Origin: an uncultured Gemmatimonadales bacterium
GTDB taxonomy: Bacteria > Gemmatimonadota > Gemmatimonadetes > Gemmatimonadales > GWC2-71-9
Direction: 5' to 3'
Length of the DNA: 64,000 bases
Assembly (NCBI GenBank): GCA_963795085.1
Contig: CAWCFX010000006.1
Coordinates: 768,001-832,000 of the forward strand
In this document: piece after piece, positions 28,402 through 38,413 of the stretch
How the letters are laid out: each line of letters starts with the position of its first letter
Numbering within the stretch: the stretch's first letter is position 1
Made by a program: the position numbers and the translations under genes
The notes under the pieces: model-generated
Seen by the model: the letters and a program-made list of their open reading frames with translations, nothing else
Databases searched by the model: none
Told to the model about the DNA's origin: nothing

Positions 28402-30720
28402 GTGAGCCCCATGCACCGATTCCGCCCCGCACCACTGGCCGGCGCCCTTCCGGTTGCCTTGCTGGCCTGCGTCCTTGCCCCCCCGCTCCAGTGCCAGGGC
28501 CCCGCGGCCGCCAGCTACCAGGCGTACTATGGCGAACTCCGCGAGGCCCGGCCGCTGGAAACCCAGAGCGCCGCCGTGAGCGGCCTGACCCTCCGGCGCA
28601 ACGGCGCCGAGTTCCAGCTGCAGGACGGGAGGCTGTGGCTCCTGAGCCCGGTCAACGGCCGCACGATCGGGTTCGCTTTTCAGGGCAACGGCGTGTTCCG
28701 TTACCAGCCGGCCAGCACTATGGAACAGCAGCGGCTGGCTGAACTTCGCAAGGTGACCGCCATGGAGGAACGATTCTCCGAGATGGTGGTCCTGTTCGCT
28801 GACAGCACGCTGGCGGAGTTGAAAGGGACCCTGACATTCGGCGCCTCCAGTCGCAACGACCCGCTCCGCTCCCGCTACCGCGAAGCCCTGTCCTACCTGG
28901 GTAAGGAAGACAAGCAGTCGCTGGACCCCGACCTGCTCGTCACCCTGCTCAACGGGCAGAGCAACGACCTCTTCTACGCGCACATGGCCCACCGGGGCGA
29001 CCCCTGGATGTTCATGGTCAACCCGCACGAAGTCGAAGGCGTTCGCCTGCTGACCCGGCCTCGCGGCATCGGGATGGTGCGCTACGCCGAGGTGTTGACC
29101 CAGTCTCGCCGGGAGGGCGACACCGGTGTGACCACCTCGGAGCGGCGGCCGGAAGCCAGGATCAGCCACTACCAGCTCGAGAGCTGGATGACCCAGAGCT
29201 TCTCGGGTGACCTGACCTTCTCCGCGGCGGCCACGGTAAGCGTGACGGCGGACAGCGGCTCAGGGCCCTGGACGGCCTTCTCCATGTACTACAAACTGGA
29301 CGTGGACTCGGCGCGGTTCCCCGGAGGCGAGCGGGCGGAGGTGTTCAAGGGCAAGGACTTCGACGCGGTGCTGGTCAACCTGGGCAAGCCCCTCGCCCCG
29401 GGAGAGACCCGGCCCGTCACCATCTATTATCACGGCAACGTGATTGACCGCTTCGGGGAATGGTTCTTCATCAACTCGTCCATCGCCTGGTACCCGGTGT
29501 CCATGGAAGGGCGGACCCGGGCCACGTTTGATATCACCTTCCATCACCCCCGCTCGCTCACCGTGGCCAGCGTGGGGGAGCGGAAGGATTCCTCGCTCGC
29601 GGGAACCGTAAAGACCAGCCGGTGGGTGACGGCCCAGCCTATTCGCAACGCCTCGTTCAACCTCGGCATTTTTGAAGCGCTCGAGGTCGAGGAGGCAGGG
29701 CTGCCGCCCATCACCCTGCTCTCCTCGGAGAAAGGCCACCGGGAGCTGTTCGGCGGAGGCGCCAGTTTTGGCGGGGTGACCCGGCGGGTGGGCGCGGACA
29801 TCGCCGCCGCCATGAAGTTCTTTCAGAACGTGTTCGGCCCTTCGCCGGTGGACCGGTTCTACGCGACCGAGATCCCGTGGGCCCACGGCGAGGCCTTTCC
29901 GGGCTTGATCAACCTCTCCTACGCCACCTTCGGCCCCACGCAGCCCGATGGATCCGACGAGGTGTTCCGGGCCCACGAAGTGGCCCACCAGTGGTTCGGC
30001 ATCGGTGTGGACTATGCCACCTACCACGATCGGTGGATCAGCGAGGGCTTCTCCGAGTTCGCGGGCCTCTGGTTCCTGCAGACGCGGCGGGCGGATAACA
30101 AGCGCTACTTCGACAAGCTGGACCGCTACCGGGCCGATATCATGCTGCGGCGGAACCAGGCGCTCCCCGTGTGGCTGGGCCACCGGGTGGCCACCGCCCG
30201 CACCGGCGACGACTACAGCGCCATCGTGTACTCCAAGGGCGCCTGGGTCCTCCACATGCTCCGGATGCTCACCCTGGACCTGCAGAGCATGAAAGAAGAC
30301 CGCTTCACCGCCATCATGCGGGAGTTCTACCAGACCTACCGGGGGGGCCGGGCCTCCACCGAGGATTTCCGCGCCACCGTGGAGCGCCACGTGGGGGCCG
30401 ACATGCGCTGGTTCTTCGATCAGTGGATCTATGGGCACACCATCCCCACCTACCGGGTGGCCTGGCAGTCAGCAGCCCAGCCGGATGGCCAGCACCGGGT
30501 GCGGCTCCGGGTGCGGCAGGAAAACGTCCCGCCCGAATTCATGATGTACGTGCCCGTCACCGTGGACCTGGGCAACAACCGCCTGGCCCGGGCCCGGATC
30601 CGGGTGACCGGGGCCACGTCGGAGATCGATTTCCCGGTGCCCCTCCCCGGCCCGGCCAAGGCGGTCCGGTTTAACGACATGATGGGCGTGCTGGCGGACG
30701 TGAAGAATGAGGGATGGTAG
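28402..30720 (+). CDS. Secreted M1-family (gluzincin) aminopeptidase
   Basis: GEAFPG, HEVAHQWFG + WISEG (HExxH..E), YSKGAWVLHML, FFDQW. Confidence 0.9.
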   Translation: MSPMHRFRPAPLAGALPVALLACVLAPPLQCQGPAAASYQAYYGELREARPLETQSAAVSGLTLRRNGAEFQLQDGRLWLLSPVNGRTIGFAFQGNGVFRYQPASTMEQQRLAELRKVTAMEERFSEMVVLFADSTLAELKGTLTFGASSRNDPLRSRYREALSYLGKEDKQSLDPDLLVTLLNGQSNDLFYAHMAHRGDPWMFMVNPHEVEGVRLLTRPRGIGMVRYAEVLTQSRREGDTGVTTSERRPEARISHYQLESWMTQSFSGDLTFSAAATVSVTADSGSGPWTAFSMYYKLDVDSARFPGGERAEVFKGKDFDAVLVNLGKPLAPGETRPVTIYYHGNVIDRFGEWFFINSSIAWYPVSMEGRTRATFDITFHHPRSLTVASVGERKDSSLAGTVKTSRWVTAQPIRNASFNLGIFEALEVEEAGLPPITLLSSEKGHRELFGGGASFGGVTRRVGADIAAAMKFFQNVFGPSPVDRFYATEIPWAHGEAFPGLINLSYATFGPTQPDGSDEVFRAHEVAHQWFGIGVDYATYHDRWISEGFSEFAGLWFLQTRRADNKRYFDKLDRYRADIMLRRNQALPVWLGHRVATARTGDDYSAIVYSKGAWVLHMLRMLTLDLQSMKEDRFTAIMREFYQTYRGGRASTEDFRATVERHVGADMRWFFDQWIYGHTIPTYRVAWQSAAQPDGQHRVRLRVRQENVPPEFMMYVPVTVDLGNNRLARARIRVTGATSEIDFPVPLPGPAKAVRFNDMMGVLADVKNEGW

Positions 30721-30725
30721 TAAAC

Positions 30726-30770
30726 AGAAGTGAGAAGTGAGAGGTGCTTCTCACTTCTCACTTCTCACTT
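30726..30770. repeat. Inverted heptamer tandem repeat (AGAAGTG)n/(CACTTCT)n between convergent genes
   Basis: Directly visible; forms a hairpin. Confidence 0.9.
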
Positions 30771-30774
30771 CGGT

Positions 30775-32043
30775 TCAGAGGCTTCCTTCCAGTCCCACCG
30801 TCCAGATCAGGTCCGGCTGGAGCCCGGTCTTTCGCAGCGGGGCAATTCCGTTCACCACCAGCACCATGCCACCCCGCACCGAGAACTTGAGGCCCAGCGC
30901 GGCATTGAGGATGTTCTCTCTCCGGTTGGGGACCGAGATGGCGGGCACCCGGCGCTGGAAGGGCTCGGAGAAGACGATGTCGCCGGGAAGCGTGAGGGGA
31001 CTGTCGCCGATCTGCCACTCCGAGATGATATCGGCGGCGACGGTGGCCCACGAGGCCATCAGGTTGTCGAACCCCAGCGTCGCGATGAAGGCATCGGTAT
31101 GGAGGTCGCCGCCCCGGGCGAGGTAGCCCAGGTTGACGTGGGGCGCGAAGTTGCCAAACTGGGCCGAGCCGACCGCCATCGCCCGGGCACTGGTGAAGCC
31201 GGACCCCAGCAGTTCCTCCTCCTTGCCGGTCGCGAACCGCACGTCGGACAGGATCGCCGCGCCCAGGGTGCGGGACTGGCCGAGGTTGATCTTGATCCGG
31301 CCCACGACGTCGCCGAGGCCGGTGGAGGTCCCCGAGGCCGCGGTGCTGGCCCGGAGAATCGGGTCGCTGAGGGTCCCGCCGAACCGATGCAGGGCGGCGG
31401 AGCCAAAGGGGAGGATCTGGGCTTCGCTGGTCCCGTTGATCGTGGTGCGAACGAACGGTACCGCGACCCCGATGTCCATGAAGTCCAGGATGCCCCAGGT
31501 GGCATAGAGCGACACCACCGTGATGTTCATGTCCAGGTTCATCCGCAGCTGGATGATATCGTTCTCGAACTCGGGATCGCCGTGGCCCGGATTACCGACG
31601 TCCTGGTGGGCGAAGTTGATGACCAGGTTATCGACCGGGGCGCTGTTGAGCGTGGTGAATGCCAGGCCGGTCACGTTAGCGCCCAGGAAGAACCGGCCCC
31701 GGCCCAGGGTCTGGGACCGCTCGCCGAAGATGGGCCCCGGCGACGTGGACGAGCGGACCGGAAGCCCCCCCACCAGGCTGAAGGTGGCGCCGCTGGAGGT
31801 GGCGCTGAGCGGCGCGCTGGCCACGGAGCGGCCGATCGCCTCGGTCAGGAAGGTGAGCACCGTCTGGTTGCTCTGGGTCACCGCCGGCAGATAGTGGTTG
31901 CCATGCTCGTCGTCCAGCTCCAGGCACAGCGGCGCGCCGCAGTCGCCGAAGGTAAAGAGCTGGGTGATCGTGCTCCGCATGTCCTGGGCGCGGAGCGGCA
32001 CAGCCAGCGAGAGGAGCAGCATGCCGACGGCGAACGATCGCAT
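30775..32043 (-). CDS. Secreted protein, probable outer-membrane beta-barrel
   Basis: Start reassigned to MRSFAVGMLLLSLA; alternating beta-strand pattern, GLGDV, C-terminal WTVGLEGSL. Confidence 0.65.
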   Translation of the reverse strand: MRSFAVGMLLLSLAVPLRAQDMRSTITQLFTFGDCGAPLCLELDDEHGNHYLPAVTQSNQTVLTFLTEAIGRSVASAPLSATSSGATFSLVGGLPVRSSTSPGPIFGERSQTLGRGRFFLGANVTGLAFTTLNSAPVDNLVINFAHQDVGNPGHGDPEFENDIIQLRMNLDMNITVVSLYATWGILDFMDIGVAVPFVRTTINGTSEAQILPFGSAALHRFGGTLSDPILRASTAASGTSTGLGDVVGRIKINLGQSRTLGAAILSDVRFATGKEEELLGSGFTSARAMAVGSAQFGNFAPHVNLGYLARGGDLHTDAFIATLGFDNLMASWATVAADIISEWQIGDSPLTLPGDIVFSEPFQRRVPAISVPNRRENILNAALGLKFSVRGGMVLVVNGIAPLRKTGLQPDLIWTVGLEGSL

Positions 32044-32078
32044 AGAGACTCCGATGTCTGGGATACCGAAACCAACGG

Positions 32079-32203
32079 CCACTGTCCCACTGACCCACTG
32101 ACCCACTGACCCACTGATCCCACTGTCCCACTGACCCACTGACCCACTGTCCCACTGACCCACTGACCCACTGTCCCACTGACCCACTGACCCACTGTCC
32201 CAC
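32079..32203. repeat. Octamer tandem repeat (CCCACTGA/T)n
   Basis: Reverse complement of the tracts at 7715 and 54389. Confidence 0.95.
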
Positions 32204-32222
32204 CAGTCCGTCCCCTGCTCCT

Positions 32223-33611
32223 CTAGTTCAGCGGCGCCCCCGCCCTGATCCACGCCCGGATGGTGTCCCGCACCGCCGCCGGGATCAGCACCCCGTTGGG
32301 CGGCATGGGCGCCGAACACGCCGCGGGCGCCGTGTTGTCCAGCTTCGCCATGAACAGGCTGTTGGCCTCTCCCGGGATGCCGCCGGCCCCGGAGACCTGG
32401 ATCAGCCCGCCCCCGGCACAGGCCGTCGGCACGTTGAACAACTCGTTGGCGTGGGTGGCCGCAGCGGTGCCATTCAACTGCAGTCCGCCCAGGTTGGCAT
32501 TGCCGTGGCATCCCGCGCAGCCATTCGTGGCCCATATCGGGTGCACCGTGTTGCTGTAGTTGAAGTACGCCAGCGCGGTAAACGCGAGAGAACCCGCGCT
32601 GGGCGCGCTGGCCTCGAGCTGGTTGAGATAGCGGCCATCCGCAGGCACGGCGCCGGTGGCCTGAATGGTCCAGGAGCCCACCGCCGCGACCCCGTTGGCG
32701 TCGGTATTGACGACCGCACCGGTCACGCTTCCTCCCCCGCCCGTCACCACGAAGGTCACCGGCAGGCCGGCGATGGGGTTGGCGAAGGAATCGGTGATCG
32801 TTACCTGGGGGTCCACCGGGAGGGTGGATCCGGCCAAAACCTGCTGAAGGTTCCCTCCCGAGATCACCATCTGGTAGGTGGTGGGCGGACCCGGCACGAC
32901 GACGAGGGTGACCGCGACGGTGTCGGGGCTGTTGCCGGAGCCGGCGGCCGCAATGACCGGGATGAACGCGGTGTAGGTGCCCGCCTGAGTAATGCCTCCG
33001 GTAGCGGCGGTGATCGTCAGGTTGGCCGGTGCGGCCGTGGTGTCGAGCTGGGTGAGCAGCCAGAACTGGGGCCCGGTGCCATAGTCAATGGTGCCCACCG
33101 TGAGACCGGAGAGACTGAGCCCGCCGGCGTTGGTGATCCCCACCGTCTGCGGCAGGGGACTTCCCTGGCCGGCCTGGCCGTTGAAGAGGATAGAGTCGGC
33201 GGAGAGAGCGATGACCGGCGCCGGGCCGACCCGCACCCGGGCCTGGCCTTCGACACCTTTGACGGTCGCGCTGATGGTCGCGGTGCCGCTCCCGACGGCC
33301 GTGACCCCGCCGGTATCATCCACGATGGCGACCTGCTGGTCGGAGGACGCCCACGCGGCGGGCGAGCCCGGCCGGAAGGCGCCGGTGCTATCGAGCGGAA
33401 AGGCGTGGATGGTCATCGTCAGCCCGATCGGCAGGTCGGTGCTGTCGGGACTCAGGCGGACGCTGGCCACCGGCGCGAGGCTCACGTCGGTGAGGACCTC
33501 AGTGCAGGAGAGCAGTGCAAGACAGGCCAGAACGGCCAGTGGGCCAGTGGGCCAAGGGGCCAGTGGACCATTCGAGCGACGCACGGGAGTGACCTTCCGG
33601 AGATCCGTCAT
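32223..33611 (-). CDS. Lipoprotein with Ig-like domains and a C-terminal c-type cytochrome domain
   Basis: Lipobox LALLSC; Big_2-like WASSDQQVAIVD; CAGCH heme motif with MPP and IRAWIRAGA (planctomycete-cytochrome-like). Confidence 0.8.
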   Translation of the reverse strand: MTDLRKVTPVRRSNGPLAPWPTGPLAVLACLALLSCTEVLTDVSLAPVASVRLSPDSTDLPIGLTMTIHAFPLDSTGAFRPGSPAAWASSDQQVAIVDDTGGVTAVGSGTATISATVKGVEGQARVRVGPAPVIALSADSILFNGQAGQGSPLPQTVGITNAGGLSLSGLTVGTIDYGTGPQFWLLTQLDTTAAPANLTITAATGGITQAGTYTAFIPVIAAAGSGNSPDTVAVTLVVVPGPPTTYQMVISGGNLQQVLAGSTLPVDPQVTITDSFANPIAGLPVTFVVTGGGGSVTGAVVNTDANGVAAVGSWTIQATGAVPADGRYLNQLEASAPSAGSLAFTALAYFNYSNTVHPIWATNGCAGCHGNANLGGLQLNGTAAATHANELFNVPTACAGGGLIQVSGAGGIPGEANSLFMAKLDNTAPAACSAPMPPNGVLIPAAVRDTIRAWIRAGAPLN

Positions 33612-33644
33612 GGACACGCTCTCGGCTCGGGTAACACACTAGTC

Positions 33645-33686
33645 CCCCTACCCCCTACCCCCTACCCCCTACCCCCCCGGCCCCCT
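33645..33686. repeat. Heptamer tandem repeat (CCCCTAC)n
   Basis: Directly visible. Confidence 0.8.
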
Positions 33687-35807
33687 TTACCGAATATCCG
33701 TGATCACCCACCCCGCTCCGCGACGTTCCAGGGTGTAAGTGTCGTCGGCGGGGAGGGTGTTCTGCCTGCCTCCGGACTGGAACACCCAGCTTCCGGTAAC
33801 TCGGGCCGTGGCGTTGTCATCCCGGATATCTACCTGGCCGACCGCGAGGCGGACCCGCAGATTTTCCATGGCCGGCAAGGCCTGCCGCAGCTGTTGTTCG
33901 CGGGCGGAGGGCATCCCGGGATAGATCTGGCGTACCCGCCCGATATTGCCTGCCTCCAGGGCACTGGCATAGGCCTGGATCGCGGACCCGACCTGCTCCT
34001 TGAGTTCGGCTGCGGTGGGGCCGGCGGGTTGGGCGGCCGGCGGCGGCGTCACCGTGGTCTCGCGGACCGGAGGCCGTTCCACGACGATCTCCGGCGGCGG
34101 AGCTGCGTTAACAGTCACAGTCACGCCCTGGCTGAGTCCGTCCACCGTGGCGGTGACCGTGGCGCGGCCCGGCCGGCGCGCCAGCAACTCTCCACCCGGC
34201 CCGACACTGACCACGTCCGGCGCGCTGGACCGCCAGGTGACCGTGGATCCGGCGATGGAGCGGCCCCGCGCATCGCGAGGCTCCGCACGGAGCATGGAGT
34301 TGCCACCTGCATCCAGCGTCGTCAATCCGGAGATCGCAACGGAGCGGACCTGGGGAACCTGCGGCGTGGCGGTCACGCCGGGCGCTGCCCGGGGCGCCGG
34401 CACCGCCGGGGGCGGCGCCTGGCCAGTCGCGGCCGGCTGGGTATCTGCGGGCTCCTGGGCTGGGGCGGTGGCGGGCGGGATCATCGCCCCATTGGCGACC
34501 GCGGGCGCCGGGTCGGTCACCTGGGGCCCGGCTCCTCCCGGCACGGCGGACCCCTTCCAGGGCTGGACCAGGGCCAGCACCACGGCGGTCACGACCAGCG
34601 CCCCGGCCCCGCCGAACAGTGCCGGCCGGGAGATCCCCCGGCGCGACGCCGCGGGCGCCTCGGCTACCCGGGTCTTGCCCTTTCGGACCAGCGAACTGGG
34701 AATCGGACTGCGCGGCGTGCTGACCCGTTTCAATACTTCGCGGTTGGACCCGGCCATCGCGAACTGCACCAGCTGGGTTCGGACAATATTCTCAGAGGTG
34801 ACGGTGGGCGCGTAGATCGCGCGGGCCACGTCCTCGATATTGGGAAACCGCTCCTCCGGATCCTTGGCCAGCATGCGGTCAATCGCGGCGGCGAGGTCGG
34901 GAGGACAGTTCTGGACCTGCTCCAGCACCGGCCGGACCGGCTCGTTGATATGCTTGAACATGATGGTCATGACGCTGTCGGCATCGAACGGCGGCCGGCC
35001 CGTCATCATCTCGTAGGCCATCACACCCAGGGAGTACTGGTCGGACGCGCCGGTCAGCGGCAGCGCGTTACACTGTTCGGGGCTCATGTAGGTGGGCGTT
35101 CCGATGGTGGCCCCAGTCATGGTGAGCCCCTGCTTGTCCGCCACCTTGGCAATGCCGAAATCGGTCAGGATCGGGTGCCCGTCGGTCGAAATCATGATAT
35201 TGGCGGGCTTCACGTCGCGGTGAATGACGCCGCGCTTGTGGGCATAGCCCAGCGCCTCCGCCACCTGGCTGACGATCTGGCGCACCATTTCGGCGGGCAG
35301 CGGCGCCTCTTTCTTGACGATCGAATCCAGCGGGCGGCCCTCCACGAACTTCATGACGAAGAAGAGCAGCTCTTCCTCGACCCGCACCGCATAGATCGGA
35401 ATGATGTTGGCATGGCTGAGGCCGGCGGCGGTCCGCGCCTCGAGGATGAACCGTTCCACCATCCCATCGCCGGACACCAGCGCGGGATGCATCAGCTTGA
35501 TGGCGACCCGCCGGTCCAGTTGCAGGTCGTGCGCGAGAAACACGGTGGCCATGCCGCCGGAACCCAGTTCCGCCAGGATCTCGTAGTCGCCGAGGGTCGC
35601 GTCCCGCAGTTGCTCCAGCATCTGCTGGCTCTTGTTGCGGGACACGCTGGCGGGAGTCAGCGCCGTCCGGGTGCCGCCGGCCGGGAGCGGCGTCGTCGCC
35701 GAGGATGGCCGCGCGGCGACCACGCCCGATCCGCAGGACGGGCAGAACCGGACGCCGGGCTCCAGGAGGACACCGCAGCGGTCACACAGGGTGCGGGTAC
35801 CGCTCAC
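33687..35807 (-). CDS. Membrane Ser/Thr protein kinase: N-terminal zinc ribbon, TM, Big_2 and C-terminal NTF2-like domain
   Basis: CDRC..CPSC; GSGGMATV, VAIK, HRDVKPAN, DFG, GTPTYMSPE. GTG start overlaps the globin stop. Confidence 0.92.
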   Translation of the reverse strand: MSGTRTLCDRCGVLLEPGVRFCPSCGSGVVAARPSSATTPLPAGGTRTALTPASVSRNKSQQMLEQLRDATLGDYEILAELGSGGMATVFLAHDLQLDRRVAIKLMHPALVSGDGMVERFILEARTAAGLSHANIIPIYAVRVEEELLFFVMKFVEGRPLDSIVKKEAPLPAEMVRQIVSQVAEALGYAHKRGVIHRDVKPANIMISTDGHPILTDFGIAKVADKQGLTMTGATIGTPTYMSPEQCNALPLTGASDQYSLGVMAYEMMTGRPPFDADSVMTIMFKHINEPVRPVLEQVQNCPPDLAAAIDRMLAKDPEERFPNIEDVARAIYAPTVTSENIVRTQLVQFAMAGSNREVLKRVSTPRSPIPSSLVRKGKTRVAEAPAASRRGISRPALFGGAGALVVTAVVLALVQPWKGSAVPGGAGPQVTDPAPAVANGAMIPPATAPAQEPADTQPAATGQAPPPAVPAPRAAPGVTATPQVPQVRSVAISGLTTLDAGGNSMLRAEPRDARGRSIAGSTVTWRSSAPDVVSVGPGGELLARRPGRATVTATVDGLSQGVTVTVNAAPPPEIVVERPPVRETTVTPPPAAQPAGPTAAELKEQVGSAIQAYASALEAGNIGRVRQIYPGMPSAREQQLRQALPAMENLRVRLAVGQVDIRDDNATARVTGSWVFQSGGRQNTLPADDTYTLERRGAGWVITDIR

Positions 35808-36250
35808 GCGGGCGCTCCGGCGATCATCGCGATGCCCGGCGCGATGCTGGCCCGCCATGCCGCCAGGGTCTCGGGGCCGGCCTGCTGGTCATACTGGCTG
35901 ACCGTGGCGAGCAGGCTCTCCACGAACAGCGGATAGAAATGCGCGGGAATACCGAGGTCGGACGGCCCGTGCCGTTCCGCCAGCCGGGCCAGCAGGCTGG
36001 GGTTCGGGCGCTTCGCATAAATCAGGAGCAGGGAAAGGCCATGCTGCAGCAGCCGGTCCTGCTTCTCGAACTTGGTGCGAACGAAGAAGGGGGGTATGGC
36101 GGGATCGCTGGCCAGCAGGCGGTCATAGAAGGCGCGGAAGAACTCCGGGGCCTCCTGGCAGCGGGCGTAGCTGTCCCGCACCAACTGGAGATGTTCCGCT
36201 GCGACGGCCGATGTTGCCATGCCAGGCTCCCGGGTGTCCAGGTGGGCCAT
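35804..36250 (-). CDS. Single-domain globin
   Basis: LVRDSY, FYDRLL..P.I..FF (B10 Tyr, CD1 Phe), Q(E7), LAERH (F8 His), YPLFVESLL, AAW. Confidence 0.88.
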   Translation of the reverse strand: MAHLDTREPGMATSAVAAEHLQLVRDSYARCQEAPEFFRAFYDRLLASDPAIPPFFVRTKFEKQDRLLQHGLSLLLIYAKRPNPSLLARLAERHGPSDLGIPAHFYPLFVESLLATVSQYDQQAGPETLAAWRASIAPGIAMIAGAPA

Positions 36251-36255
36251 TCGGG

Positions 36256-36873
36256 TTAGTTTGCCGGGTATCCCGGCGACCGCTTGACCTCTTCGATCTG
36301 TTGGGTGTGCCGCTGCTCGTGGCCGGCCACCAGGATGACCCACTGTACGCCGTCCATCGGGCCGAATGCCGGGTGAGGCACCCCCACCGTCCGCAGCGGG
36401 GCCCGGGTCTGGGCCAGGAAATCGTTGAGGTCGTTCCGGGTCTCCACAAAGGCCGCCACCAGGTCGGACTGGGTGGCGTACTTCCCGGCAGGCTGGATCA
36501 CGGCCGGTGCATCGAACCGCTGGGTTCGGTCGGCCAGGAGAGTGACGATCCTCCGGTCCATCGCAGCGGCGGAATCGGGGCGCGCGCCAAGCGGCGGCAT
36601 CCCGCCGATGAGAAATCCTCCAATCAGCTTGTCGGTAGCCACGATGTGCTCGGCCGTCTCGGCGATGGACCAGCGGTCCGCCGCCGGCTTGAAGCGCCAC
36701 TGGGCCTCGCTCAGGCCGTCAATGGAGGCCAGGAACCCAACGGCCGCCTGCGCCAGGCGCGTGTGCATCACCACCCGGTCTGCAGTGGACAACGAATCGG
36801 CCTGCGCGTACGCTCCAGGCGCCGTTCCGGATAGCACGGCCAGGCCAGCCAGGATGCGAAGGGTGGACTTCAT
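36256..36873 (-). CDS. DinB/YfiT-family protein with signal peptide
   Basis: GLSEAQW..P...WSIAETAEH, HPAFG, HEQRH. Confidence 0.85.
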   Translation of the reverse strand: MKSTLRILAGLAVLSGTAPGAYAQADSLSTADRVVMHTRLAQAAVGFLASIDGLSEAQWRFKPAADRWSIAETAEHIVATDKLIGGFLIGGMPPLGARPDSAAAMDRRIVTLLADRTQRFDAPAVIQPAGKYATQSDLVAAFVETRNDLNDFLAQTRAPLRTVGVPHPAFGPMDGVQWVILVAGHEQRHTQQIEEVKRSPGYPAN

Positions 36874-36902
36874 GAATTGCTCACTATAAGGAGTGGATTC
36901 CA

Positions 36903-38312
36903 ATGTACTTGCCCGCCCTGTGTTCCACCAACAGCCGGCCCCGGGGGGCCTGGTCCATCGGCCTGGCCTTGCTGGCGTCCGGGCTGGCTGCTCCCGCCCT
37001 GGCCCAGCAATCGCTCCCGCCTGATTCCACTATTCAACGAATGATTGACGCCCGGGTCAAGGCCGGCTGGACCCCGGGGATAGTGCTCGGGGTCCTCCGC
37101 GCCGATGGTACCCGCCAGGTGTTTACGGCCGGGACCAGCGGGACCCCCCGGCCCCTCGATGGGGCGACGATATTCGAGATCGGTTCGATCACCAAGGTCT
37201 TTACCGGCATCCTGCTCGCGGACATGGCAGAAACGGGCGACATCCGGCTGGACCAGCCGGTCGCCGAGCTGTTGCCAACCGGCACCCGGGTGCCGGAACG
37301 GAACGGTCGGGCCATCACCCTGGTGGACCTGGCCACCCAGACCTCGGGCCTGCCCCGGCTTCCGGGGAATCTCCCGGCCGCCGACCCCGAGAACCCGTAT
37401 GCCGACTATACCGACAGCCTGCTGTTCGCGTTTCTAGCCGGCTACACCCTCCCGCGGGACATCGGGTCTCAGTACGAATACTCCAACCTTGGCGTCGGCC
37501 TCCTCGGCAATGCGCTGGCCCGGCGGACCGGCCAACCCTACGAGGAACTGGTGCGGACCCGGGTGCTGCAGCCTCTCAACATGCCGGACACCCGGGTCAC
37601 GCTCACGGCCGGACTCACGGCGCGGGCGGCCCAGGGCCATACGGCCGAGGGACGGCCGGCGGGCATGTGGGACCTGCCCTCGCTGGCGGGCGCCGGCGCG
37701 CTGCGATCCTCCGCGGAGGAGATGCTCACCTTCCTCGCCGCTAACCTCAACGGCGTCCCGGGATCGCTTGGCCGGGCCATGGAAACGGCCCGGGTCCCGC
37801 GTAATCCGGCCGGCAGCCCGGTTCTCAAGATCGGGCTGGGCTGGCATATCCTCGAGAAAGACGGGCGGTCGATCGTATGGCACAACGGCGGGACCGGCGG
37901 GTTTCGGTCCTTCACCGGCCTGGACCCGGCCCGGAAGACCGGTGTGGTGATCCTCTCCAACTCAGCCAACGACAGCGACGACCTGGGGTTTCACCTGCTG
38001 GATCCGGCCAACCCGGTGGACACCATGAAACTGGTACGCCCAGTGGCAGTGCCGGAGTCCGTGCTCATGGAGTATATCGGAAAGTACGAGCTTGCCCCGA
38101 CATTCAGCATCGCCATCACCCTGGAAGACGGCCGCCTGCTGGGCCAGGGCACCGGGCAGCCCCGGTTCGAGATGTACGCACTCAACCCGCAGGAGTTCTT
38201 CCTGCGGGTGGTGCCGGCTCGGATTGTTTTTCAACGGGATGCCGGTGGAAAAGTGACCGGCCTGGTGCTCTTCCAGGGAGGGCAGGAGCTGGCGGGGAGG
38301 CGGGTGCCGTAA
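36903..38312 (+). CDS. Serine hydrolase (AmpH/AmpC-like) with C-terminal DUF3471-like domain
   Basis: GSITK, YEYSN, WHNGGTGG, C-terminal YIGKYEL. Confidence 0.9.
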   Translation: MYLPALCSTNSRPRGAWSIGLALLASGLAAPALAQQSLPPDSTIQRMIDARVKAGWTPGIVLGVLRADGTRQVFTAGTSGTPRPLDGATIFEIGSITKVFTGILLADMAETGDIRLDQPVAELLPTGTRVPERNGRAITLVDLATQTSGLPRLPGNLPAADPENPYADYTDSLLFAFLAGYTLPRDIGSQYEYSNLGVGLLGNALARRTGQPYEELVRTRVLQPLNMPDTRVTLTAGLTARAAQGHTAEGRPAGMWDLPSLAGAGALRSSAEEMLTFLAANLNGVPGSLGRAMETARVPRNPAGSPVLKIGLGWHILEKDGRSIVWHNGGTGGFRSFTGLDPARKTGVVILSNSANDSDDLGFHLLDPANPVDTMKLVRPVAVPESVLMEYIGKYELAPTFSIAITLEDGRLLGQGTGQPRFEMYALNPQEFFLRVVPARIVFQRDAGGKVTGLVLFQGGQELAGRRVP

Positions 38313-38413
38313 GCTCACCCCGTCCCCGTCTCACTGAGGAAGAGGGTAGTGGGAAGGAGCAACTGAAGCCGAGTGGACTGTCTCACATGTTCCGATAGTC
38401 GCTGTCGAACAGC

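Noticed and set aside
24097..38312. Bona fide beta-lactam resistance genes (two SxxK hydrolases)
   Set aside because: Motifs only support the broad serine-hydrolase family; substrate cannot be inferred
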